Part shown: piece by piece, positions 1 through 9,950 of the stretch
Layout: each line of letters starts with the position of its first letter
Position numbering within the stretch: position 1 is the first letter of the stretch
Source: Bdellovibrionales bacterium
GTDB lineage: Bacteria; Bdellovibrionota; Bdellovibrionia; Bdellovibrionales; DASUEL01
Direction: 5' to 3'
NCBI GenBank assembly: GCA_050250255.1
Contig: JBFWOZ010000002.1
Location: 32,001 to 96,000 of the forward strand
Length of the DNA: 64,000 nucleotides
Notes under the pieces: model-generated
Database searches by the model: none
Seen by the model: the letters and a program-made list of their open reading frames with translations, nothing else
What the model was told of the DNA's origin: nothing
Program-made: the position numbers and the translations under genes

Positions 1-1
1 A

Positions 2-295
2 GCTGCCGGATATGCTATTAAGACTTCCAACCCTCAAAATACGGAACTCTTTACACAAGCAAAAGTGTGCGGCGTAACTGATTGGAAGCTTGATACTTAT
101 AAATCTGTGTCCGGAAAAACCTGCTGGAACAAAAATATTTTTGACCTACAAATATTTTATACAACGACCAGAGCTATCAATACTCCAGAAAAAGCAACGC
201 TGGAGTTTGCCGTAACAAGCGCGGGTCAAGACGGAAGAAGCCCGGAGAAAAGAGCCACTCAGTTTACTTCATCGCTTATATTTACAAAAAAATGA
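2..295 (+). CDS. 3' part of a hypothetical protein, truncated by the window edge
   Basis: Frame is open from base 2 (AAGYAIKTSNPQNTELFTQAKVCGVTDWKLD...) to TGA at 293-295; convergent with tatC with no gap. Confidence 0.6.
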   Translation, partial: AAGYAIKTSNPQNTELFTQAKVCGVTDWKLDTYKSVSGKTCWNKNIFDLQIFYTTTRAINTPEKATLEFAVTSAGQDGRSPEKRATQFTSSLIFTKK

Positions 296-1075
296 TTACA
301 CGATTGGCTTAGGTTTCATAGCGCCCACGAGAATGATACTCATCTCATAAAGCAAAACGATTGGCACTAGCAGAAACAGCATGCTCATCAGATCTGGTGG
401 TGTGATCACAGCGCTCACCACAGACAATAGTACAATGGCATACCGACGCTTCTCTCTTAAAAACTTTTGATCAATCACACCCATCATTCCCAAAAGAACA
501 ATGATCAAAGGAAGTTCAAAGGCTGCACCAAATATGAGTGTCGTTGAAATGAAAAAAGACAAATAACTATCAATCGTAATCATAGGTCGATCATCGGTGC
601 CGCCAAACGTCAGGAGGTAATGAAACGCTGACGGGTACACAACAAAATACACAAAGCTTACACCAATGAGAAACATTACGGTTCCAAAACTCAAAAATCC
701 AATCGCATATTTTTTTTCGTTGCGATAAAGACCCGGGGCTATGAACGCCCACACTTGGTAGAGCCAAAGAGGGCAAGTGAAAATCACTCCCGACAAAATG
801 GCTATTTGAATGTAGGCCATAAACTTATCCATTACGCCGGTGTACACAAGCCCGCCATCGGGAAGATAAGCAAGAATAGGTTGTCGAATGATTCCAAAAA
901 TTTGATCGCTATAAATCCAACCCACCGTCGAACCCAAAATAAGAATCCATAAAATTCTCACTACTCGATACCGAAGCTCCGTCAAATGATCTACAAGATG
1001 GCCTTCGCCGACAGAGAGCTTCTCTTGATTAGAAGTCACTGGAAGATCCTCCTGGTTTCGGTGTCTGGGAGGCAA
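296..1075 (-). CDS. tatC: Sec-independent translocase TatC
   Basis: HLTELRYR, YQVWAFIAPGLY, FELP and ITPPD motifs; about 6 TM helices. Exact start uncertain. Confidence 0.97.
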   Translation of the reverse strand: MPPRHRNQEDLPVTSNQEKLSVGEGHLVDHLTELRYRVVRILWILILGSTVGWIYSDQIFGIIRQPILAYLPDGGLVYTGVMDKFMAYIQIAILSGVIFTCPLWLYQVWAFIAPGLYRNEKKYAIGFLSFGTVMFLIGVSFVYFVVYPSAFHYLLTFGGTDDRPMITIDSYLSFFISTTLIFGAAFELPLIIVLLGMMGVIDQKFLREKRRYAIVLLSVVSAVITPPDLMSMLFLLVPIVLLYEMSIILVGAMKPKPIV

Positions 1076-1349
1076 CGCCCTGTGGTTCTTCTTTTTTTGT
1101 TTTTTCCGCGGAGGCGGTGCTCTCTTCTTCCGTGATACGCTTTAAAAGATCTTCGCGCGTTTTCTGGAGGAATTCATCGGACTTCGTTGTGGCCTCTCGA
1201 AAAGATCCCAAGGCTTCATCGCTCGCTCGCTTCAGCTCATTGAGAAAGCGACCCATCGTCCTGGCAAGTTCTGGAAGCTGTTTGGGACCAATAAAAATAA
1301 GTGCGATAACTCCAATAACCACGAGCTCGCTGAATCCGATATTAAACAT
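1029..1349 (-). CDS. tatB: Sec-independent translocase TatB
   Basis: MFNIGFSELVVIGVIALIFIGPKQLPELAR N-terminus; directly upstream of tatC. Confidence 0.9.
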   Translation of the reverse strand: MFNIGFSELVVIGVIALIFIGPKQLPELARTMGRFLNELKRASDEALGSFREATTKSDEFLQKTREDLLKRITEEESTASAEKTKKEEPQGVASQTPKPGGSSSDF

Positions 1350-1357
1350 ACGAATAG

Positions 1358-1386
1358 ACCCTATCTCACCTCAGACCTTCTGGCAA
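1358..1386 (-). promoter_or_regulatory. Putative sigma70 promoter for tatBC (near-leaderless)
   Basis: TTGCCA-17 nt-TAGGGT, ending 8 nt before the tatB ATG. Confidence 0.4.
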
Positions 1387-1407
1387 ATGGGAGGGTGCGA
1401 CCTTGCT

Positions 1408-2043
1408 TTATTGGTAAGTTTTTTTAACGGAATCCGAGGTAACAATGCCTTTTTCCAGCAATTGATCCCGAGCTAGGCTAGAGCCTGTTTTGACGTATCG
1501 CTCATAGAGGCGCAAAAGATTCTGGTTGTTGTTCATAAGTGATTTTGTACTGATATATGTGAGCACATCTACAAAACCTAGGAACTTCGTTGAGAGCTCT
1601 CCGAAGACGCATCGATTGTTATCATCACGGACCACCTGAGCTAAGCTTTGGTAGGCCGTGCCGCCCATTTCTGCATAATAATCTATATCCACAACTTTAC
1701 GATTTAAGGAGTCGCCAAAAAAGCCGCTGATGTAGAGGGATGTGTCGCCCAGTTTTTTAAAAAGTTCAATTTGAACTGTGGACTGACTGTTGATGGCCTT
1801 TAAGAACATTTCGGCCAAAGTCATTGTTTGTCTTTGTCCAGTTTCGGGCTCAATTTCAAAAAGCTTATCTGTACTGACAAAATTTTCTAAAAGTCCAATG
1901 AGGTAGGTTTCTGCAGGTGGGGTTGTTGTCAATTTTGTGCGAGCAAGGGCATCCCTCACGATTTCCGTGAAAAATTCCCGGGGTTGGATAAACAAACTAT
2001 GCTTTGACGCTTGATTCAGCTTCTTTGTTTTTCCCATAACCAC
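1408..2043 (-). CDS. Hypothetical protein
   Basis: 211-aa ORF that looks globular and helical (KLGDTSLYISGFF, DYYAEMGGTAY); function not recognised. Confidence 0.85.
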   Translation of the reverse strand: MVMGKTKKLNQASKHSLFIQPREFFTEIVRDALARTKLTTTPPAETYLIGLLENFVSTDKLFEIEPETGQRQTMTLAEMFLKAINSQSTVQIELFKKLGDTSLYISGFFGDSLNRKVVDIDYYAEMGGTAYQSLAQVVRDDNNRCVFGELSTKFLGFVDVLTYISTKSLMNNNQNLLRLYERYVKTGSSLARDQLLEKGIVTSDSVKKTYQ

Positions 2044-2170
2044 TCTTTAGTGAGAGCGCTTCCTTCCTCTATTATACTCGAAGTCCCAATTATCATGCGT
2101 AGTACCAATGAAATTAGGACTTTGGGAGAGATGTCCCCCTTTGAGACGGTCGGCCCTCCCCCATAGAAGA

Positions 2171-2198
2171 TTATCGGAATTTATGAAGCTTTTCTTAA
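2171..2198 (-). promoter_or_regulatory. Putative sigma28 (FliA)-type promoter
   Basis: Minus strand TTAAG-16 nt-CCGATAA; canonical FliA consensus is TAAA-N15-GCCGATAA. Confidence 0.6.
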
Positions 2199-2212
2199 TT
2201 CGTGACAGCTCC

Positions 2213-4834
2213 TCAGAATCCTGATGGGGCCTGCTTCCCTACGACAATGGTGACTGCACTTTGCGAAAAAATCTCGCGGGCAAGCTTTTGAATGTCTCGA
2301 GATGAGATTTCTCGGATGTGCTTTGCAAAAGCCGTATGCGAGCCAAATGGCAACCCGTACAACTCATCAAAAAGCATAGAGTGAGCAATCGAAGAGTTTC
2401 TTTGAAGTTCGATATCATGACGCCCAATAATATAGTTTTTCGAACGTTCAACTTCTTCATCCGATACAAGTTTATTACAAACTTTATCAAATTCTTTTTG
2501 AAGCATCGAAAGCGCTTTATCCGCCTTCTCTGGAGAACAGGCTATGTACGCGCCGAAATAGCCGCCATCAATTCCTTCCATACGGATAGGTGCAACCGTG
2601 TATGCCAGAGACTCTTTATCCCGAAGTTCCAAAAACAATCGCCCACCTTGCCCAGAGAAGATCGATTGCAAAAGCTGGAGAGTGAACCGTCGATCATCGG
2701 TGAAAGTCAAACCCTTGTATCCGGTGAAAATATGAGTTTGCTCCTTTTCGAGCTTCTTAAAGAGTTTGATGTTTTCGCTAGGGCCTTCGTGGGGAACCAA
2801 ATCCCATTTTTCACCCTTAAGGCGCCAGCTCTGCGTGGCCTTTTCGAAGTGCTCTGTCCAGAGATTGCGATCGAAATGACCAGAAATAGAAAAAATGAGG
2901 TTTTCTTTGATCGCCCATTTGCTCCAAAGTTTCAAAACCGACGGGGCATCGATTTTTGCTATGGATTCTTCTGTTCCACTCGGATCAATCGCATATGGAT
3001 GATTTTTAAACATGTTCTCGAAAAAAAGCTGCTGGCCTATTTGCGCCGGACTATCGTTGCGTGATTTTAAATTCTCAAGCATGACGATTTTCTCACGCTC
3101 GATCACCTCATCCGAAAACCTTGGATTCGCCAGGACATCTCCAAAAAGCTCTGAGGCCTTTTCTTGAAATGGCGCCAGCACATCCATAGATACACCAACT
3201 GAATTCCGTCCGCCAAAAGCCGAAAGTCCCGCTGCCATTCCCTCCGTAAGAGTTTGAATTTCTTGCTCCGTGCGAGAATGAGTCCCACTCGTCCAAGTAC
3301 TACCAAGAAGTTCGGTAATCCCATTTAACTCTCTGGGCTCTCTCCTCACGCCCCCCGGAAGTGCCGCACGAAGGCTAATGGCTGGAGTGTCATAAGAGGG
3401 ATAGAGAAGGAGCGTTGCTCCTGAAGACAGTTTTATTTTTTCTGGCAAACCCTTTGAACGACTACCAAAACTCCAGTTGATTTTTTTCATCTTCGCGGAG
3501 GCCTTGGCTTTCGAACTTAACTTCGATTTCATCCAAGCTTTTGAGTATTCCTTTTGCCATTTTGCGATGAGCTTCTTTTCGTCTATCTTCTTGGCGTCCC
3601 CCTTTTCCTTTTCACTGCCCAGGCAGGTGATCGTCATTTGCGAAGGAGATAAGTATTTTTTAGCCATCCGACTCACATCAAGGGGCTTCACCTTACGAAT
3701 TTCTTTCATAAACTTTGGAAAGTAATTTGGATCTCTCATGAGATCTTCAAAGTGTCCGTATTTGCGCGCGAGGCCATCCACCGTTTCGAGAGAATAATAT
3801 TCTTCTGCCTCGAAGTTAATAAGAGCTTTTTCGAACTCCTTCGCAGAAGGCGGCTCGGACCACACTTTTTCAATTTCTGTTTGAAGAGCACCAAGAAGTT
3901 CTTCCATGTTTTTTTTCGCGAGTGTCGTAGCGATAATAAAAATTCCACCATCTTTTAAAGTATAGGCTCCGGAGCCAATGGAATTCGCAAGCGGCTTTCT
4001 GATTCGAGCAGCTTGCATAAGTCGTGAGCTTTCTCCTTGTCCCAATATCAGACTCATCATTTCAAGTGCCGGAATGTCTTTGTGGTCTGGCTTAGGGATT
4101 TTCCAAGCAATATTTAGAAACGTTTCTTCAAACGGACCTTTTTTTACTTCAATGCGTGGAGAGGCTTGCTTCTTCTCTTTCTTGCGTGTGACTTTTTTAA
4201 GTTTGAACGGACGGAAATCAGAAAAATGCTCAGAGACTTTTTCTTTGATGTTTTCATCAAAATCTCCCGCAACAATTAATGTCATGTTCGACGGCACATA
4301 GCGGGATTGAAAATACGAAACAATTTTCTTTCGCGACACATTAGAAACCGTCTTAGGATATCCAATCACTGGAATCCCGTAAGGATGAGTTTTAAAAGAG
4401 CTTGAGAACATAAGCCTGCTGGCTTCGCGGCTAGGACTGTCGAGAGAGCGCTTAATCTCTTCGATAACCACTTCTCTTTCGTTATCGATTTCCTGCGCGT
4501 CGAAAGTGGGAAAACCCATCATTCCACGAATCATTTCTAAACCAGAATTTATGTAGTTCTTTGAAAGAGTGATGTGAAAAACGGTTTGATCAAACGAAGT
4601 GTACGCATTGAGCTCACCACCTGAGGCCTCCACCTTTGAAGCAATTTCGCCCACTTTGTATTTATCCGTCCCCTTAAAGACAAGATGTTCGATAAAATGG
4701 CTGATTCCCTCTTCGCCCTTCGCCTCATCGGCGCTACCGGTACGAACCCACATCTGCACTGAAACCACAGGAGATTTTTTAGAGTGTATAAGAATGACTG
4801 TGAGACCATTTCTTAATTGATATTTTTTAATCAT
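2213..4834 (-). CDS. M16 family zinc peptidase, two fused halves (PqqL/insulinase-like)
   Basis: Inverted zinc motif HFIEH, NAYTS, EREVVIEE; the second half lacks HxxEH. Confidence 0.93.
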   Translation of the reverse strand: MIKKYQLRNGLTVILIHSKKSPVVSVQMWVRTGSADEAKGEEGISHFIEHLVFKGTDKYKVGEIASKVEASGGELNAYTSFDQTVFHITLSKNYINSGLEMIRGMMGFPTFDAQEIDNEREVVIEEIKRSLDSPSREASRLMFSSSFKTHPYGIPVIGYPKTVSNVSRKKIVSYFQSRYVPSNMTLIVAGDFDENIKEKVSEHFSDFRPFKLKKVTRKKEKKQASPRIEVKKGPFEETFLNIAWKIPKPDHKDIPALEMMSLILGQGESSRLMQAARIRKPLANSIGSGAYTLKDGGIFIIATTLAKKNMEELLGALQTEIEKVWSEPPSAKEFEKALINFEAEEYYSLETVDGLARKYGHFEDLMRDPNYFPKFMKEIRKVKPLDVSRMAKKYLSPSQMTITCLGSEKEKGDAKKIDEKKLIAKWQKEYSKAWMKSKLSSKAKASAKMKKINWSFGSRSKGLPEKIKLSSGATLLLYPSYDTPAISLRAALPGGVRREPRELNGITELLGSTWTSGTHSRTEQEIQTLTEGMAAGLSAFGGRNSVGVSMDVLAPFQEKASELFGDVLANPRFSDEVIEREKIVMLENLKSRNDSPAQIGQQLFFENMFKNHPYAIDPSGTEESIAKIDAPSVLKLWSKWAIKENLIFSISGHFDRNLWTEHFEKATQSWRLKGEKWDLVPHEGPSENIKLFKKLEKEQTHIFTGYKGLTFTDDRRFTLQLLQSIFSGQGGRLFLELRDKESLAYTVAPIRMEGIDGGYFGAYIACSPEKADKALSMLQKEFDKVCNKLVSDEEVERSKNYIIGRHDIELQRNSSIAHSMLFDELYGLPFGSHTAFAKHIREISSRDIQKLAREIFSQSAVTIVVGKQAPSGF

Positions 4835-4851
4835 TTTATAATGTGCTTTCC

Positions 4852-6168
4852 ATGTCGTTTGGTGTTTACGTCCATATTCCCTACTGCCTTCAGCGTTGCG
4901 TGTACTGCGACTTTGCCACGTTTGAAGTGGAACGTATCGGACATTCCGATGCGGCTTTGCGCGTGGACCCGCCAGAACAATACGTGAAACTCGTTTGTCA
5001 GGAGATTCGTCAACGATCTGAAGAAATCTCGACTCGCAAAATCGACACGCTCTACTTCGGCGGAGGCACTCCTAGCCTCATCGAACCTCATCTGATCCTA
5101 GCAATTATTCAGGAACTGAGGAACTCAGGATTTGAGTTGTGTCCTGATGCGGAAGCCACCATCGAAATCAATCCCGCCACCATCACGGAAGCCAAGCTCG
5201 ACCAATATCTTAAAATGGGTCTCAATCGGTTTAGCGTAGGAGTACAAAGCTTCACGGAAGCGCACCTTCAAAAGATGGGGCGCAAGCACTCTGCCCAAGA
5301 CTCTCGCGAAACCCTCACGCTTCTCTCAAAATACAAAACGAATTTTAATTCCGATCTTCTATTTGCACTACCACACCAAACTTCCGAAGAGTTAAAGCGT
5401 GATATTGGGGAGATGCTTTCCTTTGGGCCTTCACATATTAGTCCCTACTGCCTCACGGTACCGGATAAAAATCCGATGGCGCACTCGAGACCTTCGGAAG
5501 AACACCAGGTAAAGATGTTTGAAATCATCCATGAAGAGCTCACCAAAGCCGATTTCTTTCGATATGAGATCTCTAATTACGCGCTACCAGGTAAAGAGTC
5601 TCGACATAACCTTTTGTATTGGAAAGATGAGCCTTACTGGGGACTTGGATTAAGCAGTCACTCTTATTTACGTCCAGCTTGTCTCAAAGGATTGAAGACG
5701 AGGCGCGACCGAGGTGAGCGCGGAGGCCTACTTCCTGTAGGCCGCACAAGCGATCCGACCGAGCAACGAAGTATTCAATCCTTTGAGGCGAGCTGGGGTG
5801 TGAGGTTTTGGAATCCACCGACCTTTGAAGCTTATAAAAACCAGATTTTGCACCCTGATTTAAAAAGCGAGTTTTTAGGAATGCCTTCCCACCAGTTTGA
5901 GTTTTTAGAATTGCATCAGGCCATTACAGATTATTGCCACACGGCGCTAAGAATGTCGGATGGTCTTTCTCAAAAGAACCTTAAGAATAAGTTTTCATCA
6001 GAAACTGTAGGCTCTATTTCAGATCGTCTTAACCAAATTGATTCACGTCTTCTTACCAAAGAAGAACGTGGCTGGAAACTGACCGAAGAAGGTCTTGTTT
6101 TAAGTAACCTTGTCTTCGAAAAAATCACTTTTCTAAAGGAAGATCTGCCTTCAGGGGTGCTTTTTTAA
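4852..6168 (+). CDS. hemW: Radical SAM heme chaperone HemW (HemN-like), carrying a 41-aa palindromic insert
   Basis: VYVHIPYCLQRCVYCDF (CxxxCxxC), YFGGGTPS, YEISNYA, HNLLYW. ATG 4852 preferred over GTG 4843. Confidence 0.93.
   Translation: MSFGVYVHIPYCLQRCVYCDFATFEVERIGHSDAALRVDPPEQYVKLVCQEIRQRSEEISTRKIDTLYFGGGTPSLIEPHLILAIIQELRNSGFELCPDAEATIEINPATITEAKLDQYLKMGLNRFSVGVQSFTEAHLQKMGRKHSAQDSRETLTLLSKYKTNFNSDLLFALPHQTSEELKRDIGEMLSFGPSHISPYCLTVPDKNPMAHSRPSEEHQVKMFEIIHEELTKADFFRYEISNYALPGKESRHNLLYWKDEPYWGLGLSSHSYLRPACLKGLKTRRDRGERGGLLPVGRTSDPTEQRSIQSFEASWGVRFWNPPTFEAYKNQILHPDLKSEFLGMPSHQFEFLELHQAITDYCHTALRMSDGLSQKNLKNKFSSETVGSISDRLNQIDSRLLTKEERGWKLTEEGLVLSNLVFEKITFLKEDLPSGVLF
5674..5796. repeat. 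123-bp palindromic (RPE/MITE-like) element inserted in frame in hemW
   Basis: 23-bp terminal inverted repeats at 5674-5696 and 5774-5796 (2 mismatches, both G-U compatible); inner hairpin GGCCTAC-TTCCT-GTAGGCC at 5725-5743; exactly 41 codons. Confidence 0.8.
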
Positions 6169-6242
6169 TGCTCTCTTCTTTCGTGGATTGACTTAAGAGA
6201 AGGCGGGCTCATATTTAAAGTTCACTATCAGAGGAGCCTGGT

Positions 6243-6815
6243 TTGAAAAAGACAGAATCAGATAATGCAGAAACAACAACCGAAAACTCCACAAACGGTA
6301 CGCCCGAAACCCCTGTGGTTTCGACTTCAGGAGGCGACCTAGAACAACGAGTTCAAGAGCTGGAAGCCGCTCTCGCAAAGGAGCGCAATGACGCTCTTTA
6401 CGCCCGCGCCGAATTTGATAATTTTCGTAAACGCGCCGTCAAGGAGCGTTCTGAACTTGTGAAGTATGGGGGCGAACGTGCTCTCGCGGATATTCTTACT
6501 GTCATGGATAATTTTGAACGTGCCATTCGTGCGAGTGAAACGGCCAATATTGAAGATTTGAAAAAAGGCGTCGTTATGATTGCGGAGGATCTTCGCAACA
6601 CACTCAAGCGCTACGGTATTACGGAAGTATTACCCGAAAACGGAAAGTTTGACCCCACCATCTTTGAGGCCATCAGCACCGAAGAAACGGATGAGGTCGA
6701 GCCGGGACAAATTTCGAGAATTTTTCGAAACGCCTATAAGTTCCACGATAAAATCATTCGACCAGGTCAAGTGATCATTGCGAAAGCAAAAGCGACTGAT
6801 GGAGAAAAAGGATAA
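6243..6815 (+). CDS. grpE: Nucleotide exchange factor GrpE
   Basis: RAEFDNFRKR, DNFERA, FDP and IIRPGQVII motifs; TTG start after GAGGAG. Confidence 0.96.
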   Translation: MKKTESDNAETTTENSTNGTPETPVVSTSGGDLEQRVQELEAALAKERNDALYARAEFDNFRKRAVKERSELVKYGGERALADILTVMDNFERAIRASETANIEDLKKGVVMIAEDLRNTLKRYGITEVLPENGKFDPTIFEAISTEETDEVEPGQISRIFRNAYKFHDKIIRPGQVIIAKAKATDGEKG

Positions 6816-6818
6816 TTC

Positions 6819-7979
6819 TTGGCGGCAAAAGATTACTACAACCTTTTGGGTGTAGATAAAAATGCGAGCGACGATGATTTAAAAAAGGCCTATCGCAAGT
6901 TGGCCATGAAGTATCATCCTGACCGCAACCCTGACGATAAAGCCGCCGAAGAAAAATTCAAAGAGGTGAGCGAAGCTTACGATATTCTCCGCGATTCTAA
7001 AAAACGTGAAATGTATGACCGCTTTGGAAGCGCGGGGCCTGGGTTTGCTCGTGGTGGTGATCCACGACATCAAGGTTTTGAAAATTACCAAAATCCTTTC
7101 GGCTCACCGAAAGATACAGGTTATTTTGAAGATCTGTTTAGCGATATTTTTGGTGATCCTTTTCAATCGGGAAGAGAAGCTTCACCGCGGAACCAAAAAG
7201 GTTCTAATTTAAAATACACCCTACTCATTGACCTTGAAGATTCCGCCCTGGGCACGGAGAAGGTGATTAGTTTTATGCGCCTTAACCCTTGCGGAACGTG
7301 TAAGGGTACACGTGCCGCGCCTGGAGAGACGCCCCAGGCTTGCTCTCAATGTAAAGGCAGCGGCACAATTCAAGTTGGACAAGGCTTTTTTGTTTCTAGG
7401 CAAGCTTGCAACCAATGCTCTGGTACTGGACAAATCATTCGTAAGCTCTGCAACACGTGTCAGGGTTCTGGACGCACGCAAGGACCAGTGAAGCTTTCCG
7501 TCTCCATTCCTGCGGGGGTGGCTGAGGGGCAAAAGTTAAAACTTCGCGGCGAGGGTGATGTCGGCGCAAACTCTTCTCAGCGTGGAGACCTTTTTGTCGT
7601 CGTTAACATTCGAGAACACACGCTCTTCCGTCGCGAGTCACAAAACATTGTGCTCGACCTACCTATTTCTTTTTTTGACGCAACCCTGGGAGCCAATGTT
7701 CAAGTACCTACCCTCACGGGAATGGTATCCCTTAAAATTCCACCAGGATCTGCTTCAGGAAAAATCTTTCGCCTTAAGGGAAAAGGGCTTCCTCATCTCA
7801 ATACCAGTGAGGTCGGGGACATGCTCGTGCGCCTTGTGATTGACGCTCCAGAGAAACTGACAAAAGAGCAGGAAACGCTGCTCAAGCAATTACGCGAGAT
7901 CACACCGGAGCCACCTCAAACACGCACCTTTCAAAAGAAGCTGGAGCAACTTATAGCGCAACGGAAAACAAAAGGTTGA
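6819..7979 (+). CDS. dnaJ: Class A chaperone DnaJ
   Basis: J domain with HPD, G/F-rich region, four CxxCxG repeats, C-terminal domain. Confidence 0.96.
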   Translation: MAAKDYYNLLGVDKNASDDDLKKAYRKLAMKYHPDRNPDDKAAEEKFKEVSEAYDILRDSKKREMYDRFGSAGPGFARGGDPRHQGFENYQNPFGSPKDTGYFEDLFSDIFGDPFQSGREASPRNQKGSNLKYTLLIDLEDSALGTEKVISFMRLNPCGTCKGTRAAPGETPQACSQCKGSGTIQVGQGFFVSRQACNQCSGTGQIIRKLCNTCQGSGRTQGPVKLSVSIPAGVAEGQKLKLRGEGDVGANSSQRGDLFVVVNIREHTLFRRESQNIVLDLPISFFDATLGANVQVPTLTGMVSLKIPPGSASGKIFRLKGKGLPHLNTSEVGDMLVRLVIDAPEKLTKEQETLLKQLREITPEPPQTRTFQKKLEQLIAQRKTKG

Positions 7980-8003
7980 TGGGTGAAAAGTGCCGTGTAG
8001 AAT
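7976..8003 (+). promoter_or_regulatory. Putative sigma70 promoter giving a leaderless mRNA
   Basis: TTGATG-16 nt-TAGAAT, then 6 nt to ATG 8010; no Shine-Dalgarno. Confidence 0.5.
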
Positions 8004-8009
8004 AAATCC

Positions 8010-9950
8010 ATGGTGAAAAATATCCTTTATTCCCTCACATTTTTGGTCCTATCTTCGTTTCTTTTAAGCTGTAGTTCTTCACAGCCAAAACCTCAGCCCG
8101 TGACTCCTGCACAAAAACAACTCCTTCAAAAAACTAAAAAACTTTTAGCTACGAATAAAAAAGAAACGGCTCTTAAATCTCTAGAGAAACTCGCACTTAC
8201 ACCGCCTGAATCCGCCGCTTCTCACGAGGCCAACATGACCTTAGGTCTGCATTACTCTCACAAGCGCGAGTACGCAGCGGCGGCTCCGTTTTTTCAAAGA
8301 GTGTTCCAATCAAGAAACGATTTTGGCTACAAAGCGCAAGCAGGGATGCATTGGGCGCAAACCCAACTCGATCTCAAACAGTATCCAGAGGCACTTCAAA
8401 CCGCCAATGCCGTTTTGAAAACAAATGGCCTCGATGTTGAGAGCGCCATTGGTGCGCAAAAAGTCTTAGCTCAGGTGTATTTACAAAATGGATCTACACT
8501 TGAAGCTTTAAATGCCACCATTGCCGTGAGCGAGGCTTCCACAAATGCCGCCGAAAAAGAATCGTACCGATTAAAAGCTCTCGACATCGTGGATGCAAAG
8601 CTGACCGACAAACAAGTCGAGCAAGTGGCCAGCCGCTACTCTCAGGATTACATCCGAGGAGGCGCGTACTATCGTCTCGGTACAGCTCTCTTTGAACAGG
8701 GTTTTTATGATGAAGCTCGTTCGAAGCTTTCTTCTGTTCGATCTTATTTAAAAGAAGGACAAATGATTGAGCGTGCTAATGAAATCATTGAGCAGATCGA
8801 CTCTCGTCGTACCGTTGACGCCGACGTTGTCGGGGCGGTTCTTCCTTTGACGGGGAAAAATGCGAAAATCGGCTATAAAACTTTAAAGGGCCTTCAGTTA
8901 GGGCTTGGTATTTTTGGTCCCAACAAGTCGAGATACAAACTTTCTGTCGTGGACAGCGAGGGAAATCCTGAAGTTGCTCGTCGTGCTTTCCGCCAGATGA
9001 TTTTAAGTGATCATCCCATTGCTGTGGTTGGTAGCCTCTTAAGCAAAACGGCCATACCTATCGCGAACAAAGGGCAGGAGTTTGGTGTTCCAACCATTGG
9101 ACTTTCGCAAAAATCTGGTATCACAGAAACAGGTGAATATGTTTTCAGAAACGCTCTCACCAGCGAGATGCAAGTTCAACAGCTCGTGCACACGGCGATG
9201 ACCGTTAAAAAGATGAGTCGTTTTGCCATCATTTATCCTAACGACGCCTATGGGGTCGAGTTTGCAAATCTATTTTGGGATGAAGTCCTTGCGCGCGGAG
9301 GTCATATTGTTGGAGCCCAGACTTATGATCCGAAAGAAACAGATTTTCGTGGTCCTGTAAAAAGATTGGTCGGAACTTATTTTGTCGAAGCTCGCACCGA
9401 GGAATACAACTCACGCCTTCAAGCATGGAAATCAAAACAGAAAAATATTTCTGCTCAGAGAGATTTACCAAAAGATATTCTTCCACCGATCATCGACTTT
9501 GATGGAGTTTTTATTCCTGACAGTACGAAGGCGGTCGGACAAATTGCAGGAATGCTCGTCTATAATGATATTGTGGGCGTTCCGCTTTTAGGTACAAATC
9601 TGTGGAATGCAGGTGGACTGATCGAACGTGCAGGTAAGGCCGCAGAAGGCGCTCTCTTCGTGGACAGTACTAAACCTCAGGCCCAGAGCGATGGTTTCTT
9701 TACTTCTCATTTCCAAAAAACTTTTGGCTACGCCCCCGAATATTTTGAACTTCAAGGTTATGACACCGGGCTTTTAGTTCGCATGGTGTTAGACTCTGGC
9801 GTTTCATCACGCAGCTCCTTTAAAGAGAGACTTGAGAAAGTTTCAAATTTTCGCGGCGCCACAGGAAACCTGAACGTTTCAGAACGTCGAGAGGTTTTAC
9901 GCCCCCTCTCTTTATATACCGTTGAAAAGGGCCAAATACGGGCATTTTAA
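8010..9950 (+). CDS. LpoA/LppC-like penicillin-binding protein activator lipoprotein
   Basis: Lipobox LLSC; TPR-like helical N-half; periplasmic-binding-protein C-half (VGAVLPLTG, VVGSLL, QGYD, FRGATG). Confidence 0.85.
   Translation: MVKNILYSLTFLVLSSFLLSCSSSQPKPQPVTPAQKQLLQKTKKLLATNKKETALKSLEKLALTPPESAASHEANMTLGLHYSHKREYAAAAPFFQRVFQSRNDFGYKAQAGMHWAQTQLDLKQYPEALQTANAVLKTNGLDVESAIGAQKVLAQVYLQNGSTLEALNATIAVSEASTNAAEKESYRLKALDIVDAKLTDKQVEQVASRYSQDYIRGGAYYRLGTALFEQGFYDEARSKLSSVRSYLKEGQMIERANEIIEQIDSRRTVDADVVGAVLPLTGKNAKIGYKTLKGLQLGLGIFGPNKSRYKLSVVDSEGNPEVARRAFRQMILSDHPIAVVGSLLSKTAIPIANKGQEFGVPTIGLSQKSGITETGEYVFRNALTSEMQVQQLVHTAMTVKKMSRFAIIYPNDAYGVEFANLFWDEVLARGGHIVGAQTYDPKETDFRGPVKRLVGTYFVEARTEEYNSRLQAWKSKQKNISAQRDLPKDILPPIIDFDGVFIPDSTKAVGQIAGMLVYNDIVGVPLLGTNLWNAGGLIERAGKAAEGALFVDSTKPQAQSDGFFTSHFQKTFGYAPEYFELQGYDTGLLVRMVLDSGVSSRSSFKERLEKVSNFRGATGNLNVSERREVLRPLSLYTVEKGQIRAF

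Noticed and set aside
2318..3064. 248-aa plus-strand ORF
   Set aside because: Entirely antisense to the M16 peptidase; no recognisable motifs or SD.
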